Source of the DNA: Azolla caroliniana
Taxonomy: Eukaryota > Plantae > Polypodiophyta
NCBI GenBank assembly: GCA_043228905.1
Contig: JBHGNT010000005.1
Location: 13,392,001 to 13,456,000, forward strand
Reading direction: 5' to 3'
Length of the DNA stretch: 64,000 bases
Of this stretch, positions 24,334-36,464 are shown in pieces. Position 1 is the stretch's first letter. Every line of letters starts with the position of its first letter. A program made the position numbers and the translations under genes. The notes beneath the pieces are model-generated. The model did not search any database and was not told where the DNA came from. It saw nothing but the letters and a program-made list of their open reading frames with translations.

Positions 24334-24779
24334 AAAAGGAGTGGTCCCAGTATATGATTTACAATTTCACTTCCCTCTCAGTAAATAAATAATGTACTCT
24401 CCTTTACAAATTGAGCCATCATCATGATTATTAATATTCCTATTGCTACTATTATTATTATTATTGTTGTTGTTGTTGTTGTTTCTTATATCATGGCTCC
24501 ATTGTGTTAAACTAGTATTCACAATTTAATGTCAAAGTGTGAATCATTGGTGCGAGGAATTGTTTAATGTCATGAAACTATGAGCAGCGCACAACTTGAG
24601 GGTGTGGTATGCACTTCATAATATCAAATGCTCTTATAATACATATCGCTAGATCTTCTTCTATTCATATATCTGCAAAAGGATCAAGGGAAGTGATACT
24701 CACCGAAGGAGATGGATGTCAACATTTAGAGAAAAAATTGAGGATTATTGCCTTTGTAACAATTGCCTTGCTAATGGTG

Positions 24780-25823
24780 TCTCATGGACGCTGCCATTGC
24801 CATGTGACTTGTGTCTGTTTGACCATTTGGTTTCTTTCTTCATAGTTCGTCTTGCTTGATTTTTCACCATCGAGGTTTGGAGATTGAGACTCGTTGCTAT
24901 GGATGCTCACGAATGTGATCCATGATTCTGGCAAGGAACCCATTAGTATTTTACATTTTGATGTTTCATCAATAATGTTACCTCCTGAGATTGCAGCATC
25001 TAGTTGTCTTTCTGCCAATTGCTTATGACGGTGTCCGTTGGTTCTCCTTCACGCATCTCCATGTTCATTAGGGTTCAATAGGAGAAGATTTTGGTCGTAC
25101 ACCGTCGGAGGGTTGGTGTAATTGTTGAAGATGATCCCACATTGTTCGTGCGGATCCAAGACTTCGAACATGATCAACTTGTCGATCACCTAGATGCATA
25201 ATTATCTCCATTCTTGGATCTAGATCTCTACTTTTCCAATCGCTCAATTCAGGTTCTGTTCATGGAATGACTTCAGAACCATTTGCGATTCCTAAATTAA
25301 GATTTGTTCTTTCGAGAATTAACTCCATTCTCGTTGTCCACATTCTATAATTGTGGTCTGTGAGTTGCTCCACCACATACTTTCTTGCCATTTGATTTCT
25401 TGATGCAACATTGATTGGATTTCCAACAAATTTTGATTGGTTTTCCATATCGGTGGTCGTCGACATCTTGTATAGATTTCCCGGATCAATCTGACATGAT
25501 GTATGCCGCTTATTTATTCACGTATTACTTATCTAATGTGATGTATGTTGCTCTGATACCATGTGAGAAATTAAAGAGAGAGAGAAAAGAAAGAGAGGAG
25601 AGATATGAAGCTCAGTTGGTAAGGTTGCCCAATGGAGACCAGGTGGTCATGGGTTGATACATTCCACAATGGCATCATGGGTTGATACATTCCACAATGG
25701 CATCTAGTGAAATAAAGATACTTATAAACTATATAATTGGGAGGTGAAGAAATTGGGTTTCGAACCCAAGACACGGTGCTTGTAATGTTATCAACTTACC
25801 ACTAGGGTAAGCTAATTCTGATA
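24780..25823 (-). mobile_element. Copia 5' relic: LTR (25562 to about 25823), tRNA-Met PBS, degenerate gag
   Basis: Minus-strand TGGTATCAGAGC at 25550-25561 abuts ...CTCACA. gag motifs LTDHNYRMW and LMGSLPESW. A 28-bp tandem duplication lies at 25648-25704. The outer LTR edge is uncertain. Confidence 0.72.
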
Positions 25824-26173
25824 AAGCGAGAGAGAGAGAGAGAGAGAGAGAAGAAAAATGCAAGAGTGGAGAGGGGAAGAAGAAGAATTGAATTTGTTTT
25901 TGTTGTTGCACCTTCTATCGACAATGGAATTGGGCACAAAGACAAGTGTTAGAAAGCCCTCGATTAGAGCTTTGTAACGAGATATAACAAGTTAAATTTG
26001 GTGTTGTATACGAGAAGCAGCGATAGAAATAAGGAATCTTGTGTTTTCGGCATCCACATACTTAACACACATTGCGGGTCTTCCATTGTCTTCATCATCT
26101 TCGACCTCTTCAATCGGGTGAGTTCCGGTTGTATCTCTTGTTCATGGAAATTTGTTTTTATTCCGGCATGATA

Positions 26174-27627
26174 TTACCTTAAGAATGGATATAAACATGA
26201 ATTCCTCACAAATTATGGGGGAAACCGATATGGAAACAATTGATCAAGAAAAGATTAATGTGATGGTTGAAGGTAATTGTGAAAGGGAAGAAATTGGAAG
26301 CTCTAAGAGGTTTAAGGGTATTGAAGAAATTAATGAGAAAAAATTGACATATGCCAGAGTAATACATGTAGATAAGGTTGACAAGGATAATTGTAATTGG
26401 GATAATTTATGGGGAATATCCAATACCTAGTTGTCTGATATTGTGGAAGAAAATGAAAATGAAGCAAAAGAATGCGTTGATGAGGATGTGCATGATGTGG
26501 AAGTTGATGCTAAGGCAGTGTTGCAATCTTTTGATGTACTCTATGATCGTGCGGTTATATTATTTTTTACCGGGAAACTCCAATATATTAATTGGATTAA
26601 ACAATGGTTGAACACAATCGTATCACCAAATTGTGTTGAAAATATATATGCAGGACCACGAAGGTTTTACGATGTAGTGTTTCGCTCACTGGAACATCGA
26701 AGTGCATTGTTGGCTAAAGTTCTTGTGTTTTTTGATAAACGATTGGTGCATGTAATGCAATGGTCCCCCGTTGTGGACTATCATGCTTTGTTAAAACAAG
26801 AATGCCCTGTTTGGGTAACAGTGGATTGTAAGCATGCTTTTTTATGGGCACTTTTACCAGAGTTGATGAGTCAAATGGGTAAAGTGTTGGTATCTCCACA
26901 TGCAAATGCTACAAATAAGTGTAGATTTTGTGTGTTATGGGATACAAGTCGTAAGAGGCCAGGATGGGTGTGTATGAACACACCTGATATGAAAAGACTT
27001 TGTTTTAAATTGAAGTGGGAGACATTTGCAGGTCATTGTTTTGGATGTGGTGAATGGGGTCACTTTATGGCAGAATGCCATCATCGTTGTCCTTTAACTA
27101 TAGAGGTTCCTAATGAACAGAATGGTAAGGACAGAGTTGGGAGAGATGTTGGTGTGTCAGATACTATGGTTGTTATGGATAAAGGAACATCATCTAGAGC
27201 AGGTTATAAAGAGGTTTCACTTCAAGGTTTGGGCCCTAAGAATAAGGGAACTCAATCTATGGAAATGGACAAACAAAGTTTGGTGGTTATAGATAAGAGG
27301 AAAAAACCGTTGGATAGAACTAGTAGTGATATTGTTGTTGAAAAGGATTGGCATCAGGTTAAGGGCAAGTCAAAGGGGAAATCAATGAATATGCAACGTA
27401 ATAGTTTGCCCATTATTTGTGAGACCCTTCACCTTCAATTTGATTCATTGGGACTGGTTGTAAATTCATCGAATTCTCGAGGTTTTAATCAAGAGAAAGA
27501 ACCTAAACAAAAGATTTCGATAGACAACCCTAAGGATCTGGTGCATGAAAATCCATATGCAACATTGGAGCATGCTTTGACTAGTTTCATGACATCGGTT
27601 GCTCTAAAGGAGCAAGTGTACCCATAA
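26174..27627 (+). pseudogene. L1 ORF1 (DUF4283-like region and CCHC knuckle), one internal stop
   Basis: ORFs 26152-26430 and 26431-27627 are in the same frame. Confidence 0.8.
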
Positions 27628-27640
27628 CATTGTTGATTGA

Positions 27641-29741
27641 ATGAAAGTGGTAACATGGAATGTGAGAGGGGCATGTTCTCCTCATAAGAAGTATATATTA
27701 TGGGAAACTTTGTTAAGTAAAGAATGGGATGTATTGTGTGCAGTTGAGCATAAGTGTCATGAGCTAGCAGGATCCACAATTCATTTACGTGGATATTCAT
27801 CATTCTATGCAGGACATCTTAATAATCATTATTCAGGTGTGGTATTAATAATGTGAGATAAATATTATCCTCAAGTGGTGCATAATGATCCTTATGGTCG
27901 GTTTTTGGTTCTAGAAATCACTTTTTTTGGCGAGGTTGTGTGGGTGGTTGAGATTTATGCTCCTAACGAAGCCACTCAATGTATTGCATCACTCCTTCAA
28001 ACCCTATGTGTGGGTCGTCCAAGATTACTTATGGGTGATTTTAACATGCGTGTTGATGCATCTCAATCTACATCTGAACATTCAATCATGGATGATCCTG
28101 AGCAACTTGCTTGGGATTCATTGGCTATGGAGGTTCTGAAGTTGGATGTTTGGACATGGTTGCATGGGAATGATCCAGGTTTTACTTTCCAATCCGCTCA
28201 ACATAGACAAACATGGAATCAGTTAGATAGAATGTATGTGATGCACAATGATTCTTTTTTACCGACATCACTTCGTATGAAAGTTCTACAAGATGTAGAA
28301 ACTTCAGATTACTTTCCTATTTGTTTGGAGGTTTGTAATCATGCAATTGACATGTATAAATCCTTACTTGGAAAGCCTCTATTACGCTCTAACTCTTCTC
28401 TTTTGCTTCAACCTCACTTTGATTCTCTGATGGACCAAATTTTGGTGAATTTTTCACAAGAAATGAATCTTATAGGAGTTAAAGCATGGGATATCACGTT
28501 ATGAAACATTAAGATCATTCATCGTATGTATGGAATGACTAATGATCAATGAAGAAGAGGTCTTCTTCGACAATACTCACAAGATCTCTCCAGGTGTAAT
28601 GGATTAATTATACATGCACCATTAGATGAGGAGCTTTTGGATATCCAAAGTCAATTGCATGTTATTATTTCTCAGTTGCAATGCCAAAGTTATCGTATGC
28701 GAAGATGCGACAACTGAGGGATGGGCTCATAGATAATCAATGTCAATCTCATTTGTTTTTCCAAGCGTTACATCCTACCTATGCTCGATCTAATGTGGTA
28801 CATGTGAAGCAAGGGGATGAATGGATAGAGGATCCTACTACAATAATTGACATATGTGTTCATTACTTTAAGGAGTTGATTGACCCACGATTGTTAATGA
28901 CAAATGAGGTGAGTAGAGCACGCCATGAGTTTTATGATGTGGTTGGATATATTGTGCATGACCTCATTAGTCATGAATTGGATGCGGATTTCACTGAGGA
29001 TGAGGTGGGCACAGTTTTAAGGCATCTTTCTAGTGGTATGAGCCTTGGTTGGGATGGCTTGACAATGAAGTTTTTAAGAGATATTCGAATATTTTAAAGG
29101 GGCCCTTAACTTTGATGTTTCAACATTCTTGGGATTCTAGTCATATGCTTCAAGCTTGGAAGGTTGGTCTAATTAAACTAGTTCCAAAGGTGGCATCTCC
29201 TAAGTCATTTCATCAATGGAGACCTATTTCTTTGATGGGGGGGTTGTATAAGATATTTACAAAGGTCTTGGCAAATAGATTGCAAAAGTATTTGCCAAAG
29301 TTGATACATCCCGCCCAAAATGGTTTTATTGCAGGTAGGAATATATTGCATAATGTGTTGAATGTTCAAATGGCCATGGATTATGCTTGTAACACTCATC
29401 AAGAATTGATTATGGTGCAAGTAGATTTGGAGAAAGCTTATAATCATGTTAATTGGTCCTTTGTTTCTGGGTTAATGCATACAATGGGCTTTGGACCTCA
29501 TATGTCTCGCCTCATATTTTTATTAGGACAAGATGCGGTGTCTCGAGTAATGTTTAATGGGGGAGTTACATCAAATATTGCCCTCATAAGATCCGTTCGT
29601 CAAGGATGCCCTCTTAGCCCATTGTTGTTTGCTATTGTTACTCATCCCTTGTTAGTAATGTTATCAAGGCTTGTAACATGGTGATATTGTGGGTCTACAC
29701 ATTCCGTCTGGAGAGAAACTAGTAGCATAAGCTTTCCCTGA
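27641..29741 (+). pseudogene. L1 ORF2 (APE endonuclease and partial RT)
   Basis: MKVVTWNVRG, MGDFN, SDYFP, WRPISL, DLEKAY, RQGCPLSPLLF, with stops and frameshifts. Confidence 0.9.
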
Positions 29742-32700
29742 TTAAGTATGAAATACCGGATGTATCTGTAGTTGCGGAGGTAGATCGAGGTGAAAAGCGA
29801 CATCATTAATTTTTCCGATAATACGGGAAGGACCCAATCGCCGATAATCCAATTTCTTGCATGGGCGAGTAGTCTTGATGTGTAGTCGTAATAGCCATAC
29901 CCAATCTCCAATGTTAAAACTGGATGGAAGCCAATGATGGTTTGCATAATCCTTGTGTGTTTGTCGGGCTTGTTGTAAATGAGTAGATAAATCTGCTTGT
30001 ATCTTGTGTAACTGCTCCAAACGATCCTTTGCACAAGGATTTGTGGGTAACTCCATAGTTTCAAATACACACCACTACTACTTCCCAAGATGATATGTAA
30101 TTTTGAAGTCGAAATGAGTGAGGAATTGGGCACAACGAGCTTGACGTTGATTTAATACACGAGCATTTTGGAAGTAGGCAAGATTTTTGTGATCACCGAA
30201 TACGGTGACTTGATGAGAAGATCCCTCTAGAAAATGCCTCCATTCAGTGAAAGAGTCCACTATTGCTAACAGCTCTTTATCGTGAATTTCATAGTTGATT
30301 TTGGCGGTGTCAAAATTGCATGAGTGGAAAGCCAAAGGATGTACCTTTTCATCAGCGCCTTGTTGTGAAAGAATGCTACCCAAGGAGAAATCCCACGTGT
30401 CTGCCTCAATGATGAAAGGTTTTGCCAGATTAACATGAGCTAGAATAGGAGTTGATGTGAATGCCTTCTTAAGACTCTCAAAAGCCATGTCCGCTTCTTT
30501 AGACCAAACAAACGACTTCCCCTTCTTGGTAAGTTGTGTGAGAGGCAAAATAAGCTTTGAGAAATCTAGTATAAACTTGTGGTAAAAATTGGCAAAGCCT
30601 AAAAAGCATTGGACATCTCACAACGAACGTAGAGTCTGCCACTCTATCATAGTTTTGTCCTTAGCTGGATACAGAGAGATGCCTTCCGAGGAGATGACAT
30701 AGCCTAGAAATTCCACCTGGTTGCACTCGAAACTACATTTTTCTAGTTTTGCATAAAGACCATGTTCTCGAAGCTGTTTTAGTACTAACAATACATGAGA
30801 ATCGTGGTCTTCTTGGGTCTTCAAATAAACCAGTAGATCATCCAAATAGATGATCAAACAACCATCCAAGAGATCTAGGAATATATCATTTGCCATGTGC
30901 TAGAAGATTGCTGGTGCATTAGTGAGACCAAATGGCATGACCGTATACTCGAAGTGCCCATATCTGGTGCGAAACGCGGTCTTCCATTCATCTCCTAGTC
31001 GGATCCGTACAAGGTTATATGCTCCTCGTAAGTCGATCTTTGTGAAGAACCTTGCACCATTGATCCATTCTAAAAGACTTGAGATAAGGGGGAGTGCATA
31101 CCTATTCCTGATGGTGACCTTATTCAAGCCACGGTAATCTACGACAAGACGAAATGATCCATCCTTTTTCTTGGCAAAGAAAATGGGTGCGCCGACTGGA
31201 GATTTCGAATGTCGAATAAAACCGTTTGCCAAATTCTCCTCTATATAGGCTTGAAGGACTTCTAGCTCGGTTGGTGACAAGTTGTAGATCGGGCCCCATG
31301 GTGACTCTTTTCCCGGTTGTACATCAATGGGGCAATCATACGATCAGTGGTCAGTAAGCGTATTGGCTTGTACCTTATCAAACACATCGGCATAATGATG
31401 ATACTTGTCTGGAAGTTGAACTGTGGACTCCTCTTTAGTGGTGTCGGAAGGTTTTACTGATACTACGAAGACAAACATTGCTTTCTTGCCTCCTTCCTCA
31501 CGCAATTAACGTAGTGAAATGGTTGCAATCCTATGAGTAGATCCCCGGATTTCTCTTGTTCTCGAATCTATGTTTGGGTTATGTGATTCGAACCATGGTA
31601 ACCCCAAGACAATTGGATGGTCTGGACTACTAATTATATAAAATGATACTACACACACTAAGTTATCTAGGATAACCTGAATCGGCTCCGACTCTTCTAC
31701 GATTTTTCCGAAAGCAATGGAATGACCATCAATAACTACTACAGATGCTGGGCAAGAAAGTTTTCTTAGGGATATCTAATGAGCTGGGGCAAACTTCCTA
31801 TCCATAAAGCAAGAGTTGGCTCCGGAATATAAGAGTGGTAAGACATGTATTAGAGGAATACTTTTAATACCATTACTTGAGCTAAGAACACATTGCTAAC
31901 TTGCTTAGAGGAAATGGAACCACAAATGGTTTGCACAGATCTAGGGTTGTCCAACCAAACGGCTCCTATTTTGGTTGGACTTAATCATTTAACTCTTCTT
32001 CTAGTTGACTAAAAATTTCAAATTTGTTTGAAAGGCTTGGGCTATTAGTACTATTAGGACTATCAGATATTCCTACTGAAATAGAGTTGGGTTTAGTACA
32101 ATTAGAACTAGCGACTATTTGGTTTACCTGTCTTCTTGGCCTCTGGGGACAGTTCACCGCAATATGCCCTGGTCCACCGCAATAGAGACATAGTCGATTT
32201 GCTCGGCGTCGATGCTTTTCCTCTTCCGATAATGGTCCGTGACGACGTGTGGTGTCGATTTCCATCGCAATTGGAGTATTTGCTGGAGACACATTATTTG
32301 ACTCCCTTGGAAAAGGTTTTGTTACAATTGAGGCATATGTGGGCTCTGATCTTGTCCTTGGCATCTAGAACTGACGTTCCGAACGTCATTCGAAAAGGTG
32401 GTGATCGCATCATACTGCGTGATTGATCGCTTCTGTCAAGGACTTTGGCTCTTCGGGGAAAGTTAAGAGTAAATCCTTGACATCATTACGTAGGCCAAAA
32501 CAAAATTGCTCCATTAATGCCTGGTCATCATAGGGAATATCGGTGGTGAGAACACGGAAATCCGCAGTATAAGCCGAGGTCGGCCGCTCACCTTGGCGCA
32601 ATCTTCGGATTTTGTTGATTTCTGTCCTAACACTGTCGTTGTCTCCAAAACAGGTTTTAAACTCGCTAATAAACTCTTCGAAATTATTTAACAAGGGAGA

Positions 32701-33575
32701 TTTTTTTTCTAACAGGGGGGCGAACCATGCCAAAGCCGTGCCACTAAGTAGCGTGCTTACTAGTCCCACTCGTGATGCATCGATGGGATATCGAGAAGGA
32801 TGCATTTGAATCACTAAGCGTACCTGATTAAGAAAACCTCTGAACTATGATCGGGTTCCATCAAATTTCATAGGAAGTCCGATCTTGGGTTCTTTGTGAG
32901 TCCCTTGTTGTTGTAGTGATACAATAGTCACTTCAAGTTGTTGTACACGTAATGTCAGCTCCCCGTGTTGTTTTTCTATAGCTATTTGTTGAAGATCACC
33001 CAACAGACGGTGATTTTCATGGTCTAGTGCTACAAACTTTTCTTTTATGCACTAAAGCTCCAAGAAAACAGATTGGTATTCTTGAGTGCTAACAGTTGCC
33101 ATTTTACTAGGGAGGATAAGAGGATTAGTATGAAAGGAAGGAGGGGTAAGACGATGAGGGGAATCGGTTCAAACTGTCAGGAACAGTACTAAGACAGAGA
33201 GGGAATTAGTACTAAGAGAGAGAAAAGGGTGTAGAACTCACGAGAGAAGGAGAGAGAGAGAGAGAGAGAGACTGATGATAACAAAAGATATATTATATTA
33301 TATAAAGAGTAAGTACAAGAACAACTATGAAGCTTAAAACTAGCGTTGAACTGATTTGGTTCGAAATATTACCTTGTGCGTCCTTTTATAATGTTTTCAA
33401 GAGTACTCCTAAAGTTTCTAGAATGTTCCATAGAAATCTGGAAATATACACCAACTTTCTATAGTGAAATAATAAATGAAAATAATATCCTTCGTATTAC
33501 AATATATAGTTTAAGGGCAAAGGCTCGACCCATGTAACATAAGGTCATGGGTTCAAATATTGCCATATAATGACA
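29742..33575 (-). mobile_element. Tcn1/Tf1-like chromovirus Gypsy: 5' LTR 33175-33575, gag (33102-31981), PR-RT-RH, integrase core deleted, 3' end lost
   Basis: LTR TGTCA...TGACA. gag [56 protein letters not shown]. Integrase tail KKLDYRRLGP..IHPVFH. RH is joined directly to the integrase tail near 30070. Confidence 0.9.
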
Positions 33576-36464
33576 GTGAGTGTCTTTTTGTTGGGAATTC
33601 GGTTCCTCCGGATGAGAACCGGAGGAGCCAGACTGAACAGATCCGGATGAATCCGGTGTGAACCGGATCCAGGGACATATCTATAAATATGTTTGTAGAG
33701 GGCCTGTCATGGCCATATTTGTAAATGTCCTAAAGTCATCTAAGTATAAATATGACTTAGGGAAACCACTTATAAATTATGTTGTTATTATTACTATTGT
33801 AAAGACAAAGACAAAGACAAAGACATAGGAGAGATATAGAAAGCTTTTTTGTTGTAACCGCCGATCGGCAAAGACATAGAGCTCGAGGTTGTTGCCTCCG
33901 AGTCTCGCTTTGTATCCTCTTCTCATAGGGATAGTTGGAATCTGTGGGCTCCCATGATTTTTCCCTATAGGGTTTGCCACGTAAACATCTATTGTCATCT
34001 CATACTATGTAAGTGCATTAATCTCATTTCTATTTCTGGCTTTCTTCCATTTGAGAGTTTAAGACTCGGTTGTGACCGAGCGCTATTCCGCACAAACTGG
34101 TATCATAGCGAAGTTGTAAACTTCAAATTAGGAAATAAAAATGGAAGAGTCATTCGAAAGCATGTTCAAGCTCACCGGCTCCAACTATCCAGTGTAGAAG
34201 TCGAAGATGAGGGATATGCTCGTGATAAAAGATCTCTAGCTGCCGGTATAGTTCGGGGACAAGAAACCAGACAAGATCAATGTCATGATGTGGGAGGTGA
34301 TCCATACGAATACAACGACATACATCCGGTGTTTCATCGACATGAGCTTGTACAACAACTTTAATGAAGAAAGCAAGGCTCATATGCTCGAGGAGAAAAT
34401 CGATACTATGCTGGAGAGTAAAAACATCGTAAATCGGGTTTCAGTATTCCGGAAGTTAGTGAGACTCTAGAACCAAGACGGATCCAGCAAGGCGGAGCAC
34501 ATAAACCAAACAACCTCGTTGGAAGCACCTCTAGCCGATAAGGTACTTGCGTTGCTCCGGTTTGGTTCCCTCCTGGATAGTTGGGAGACGCTAGTTGTCA
34601 CTTTGGGCAACGCCGGGCCAGAAGGAAAGTAGTTGTCCCTAGCAAGGGTAAAATCAATTCTACTAGATGAAGATGCTCGCTGGAAGGACCGGGAGTCTGA
34701 AACCGATCCAAAGGCCTTGGTCACAGAAGATGACCATAACCGGGGAAGAGGCCGGAATCGGAGTCCCCAAAACCGGGACAAATCGGGGCGAGGTCGAAGT
34801 CAAGGGGGAGGCCCACTTGCTTCTATTGCGGAAAGCCAGGGATCTACCGAGAAGAAGTGAACGTGGTATTTGACACTACCGGTGAGTTGTGGCACAAGAG
34901 ACTGTGTCATATGAGCCAGAAGGGGATGTGGAGACTTGCCGAGGAAAACCTCATTCTAGAGATGAAGGATGTGCAACTTGAGAAGTTCACCGACTGCTTG
35001 GTCTGCAAGAAAAAAGAACCTCCTTCCGAACAAAACCATTGATGAGATGGAATGCACCGCTGGAGCTGGTGCATTCCGATGTGTGTTAAGTGGACACGAA
35101 GTCACATGCCGGATCGCAGTACTTCGTGATGTTCATAGACGACCACAGGTGGAAGCTGTGGGTCTTACCGCTGAAGACGAAGGACCAGGTATTTTCCATC
35201 TTCAAGGACTTCCACGGAAGAGTGGAAAGGGAAACCAGCCAAAAGCTGAAGGCGGTTTGAGCGGACAAGGAAGGAGAATACCGGGGGCAGTTCAAGGAGT
35301 ACTGTTGGTCGAAGGGAATCCGGATTGAATTTACCGTGCCAAAGACACCATAACTAAACAGATTGGCCGAAAGGATGAACCGGACGATGATGGAGAGATT
35401 CCGGAGCATGTTGGCACATGCTAAGCTACCCAAGACGTTTTGGACTAAGGCGCTAATGATGGTGACGTACGTGATTAACAGATCACCCTCCGCACCCTTG
35501 GAAGGAGACTCACCATAAAAAGTATGGACTAGTAAAGACATGTCTTACCGGCATCTGCAGGTGTTCGGTTTTCTTGCTTACATGCATGTTGCAAAGGAGA
35601 AGAGAGCAAAGTTGGATCCGTAGTCCCGGCCATGCATATTCCTTGGATACAGTGATGATGAGTTCTGAGTGTGGGACCTGGTCGGCAAGAAGGTGTTCTG
35701 GAGTTGAGACATAATCTTCATGGAAGACAAGACTATTTGTTACCCGGACAGGTATAGATATGTTGGAGTCGGAAGGATGTTCTGAGTCGGAGTTGGAGTC
35801 GGATCGACAATTTGGATCGATGACTTAGCAGATAGCCGAATAGGACATAGTTAGTTACGAAGTTTTGTAATTCTTGATAATTATAGGCAGTAGGATTTCT
35901 TGATGAGAAAAGACCTTCAGGTTACCTATAAAAGGAACCAAAGGCATTGTAAAAATCTATAGTTGTATTTAATAATATAAAGTTTGGTTAGGAAATCTCT
36001 GTGTACGGATTACTTTTTGCCATCTATTTCTTTTTGTCTAAACTATATTACATAAGTCACGATCTCGGTGTATGTTATCACCGATAAGTTTATAGATAAT
36101 TCGTATCTATTCGTCTAACCACAACTTCTTGATAGAACGTTCGGTACGAACGTTCGTCTTATACTGTGTCGGCAAAGTAGTAATTGTCGACCAAACAATA
36201 CAATATAATTTTGGCACGCCGGTTACATATGCACATAGCTGAGAACAAGACAAATGGATGTCTTCTAGTCCAAATACACTAGTCAGTTGTAAACGTCCTC
36301 GTACGCGTTCTGTTATGAAGACACTAGAGACAAAATCGACTGAGGGATTACAGCCGGAAACAAGTAGAAGGTGGTTGGTATTTCTTGATTTAACTGATAG
36401 CCAATCTTCCGACGAAAATCAGCCGGAAGAGGTATCATTTTACGATGTCTAGAGTGAGGACAAT

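Larger units (their letters stand above)
26000..29741 (+). mobile_element. L1-clade LINE, ORF1 and ORF2, 3'-truncated
   Basis: ORF1 has the knuckle CFGCGEWGHFMAEC. ORF2 has endonuclease and RT motifs. It breaks off inside RT at the chromovirus junction. The 5' edge is approximate. Confidence 0.9.

Noticed and set aside
25750-25815. Functional tRNA gene
   Set aside because: No paired acceptor or anticodon stem; only D-loop and T-arm-like boxes.
36134-36154. Apparent compensatory change in the LTR hairpin GAACGTTC..GAACGTTC versus GAACGTTT..AAACGTTC in the 3' LTR
   Set aside because: Both changes are CpG transitions expected from methylation decay.
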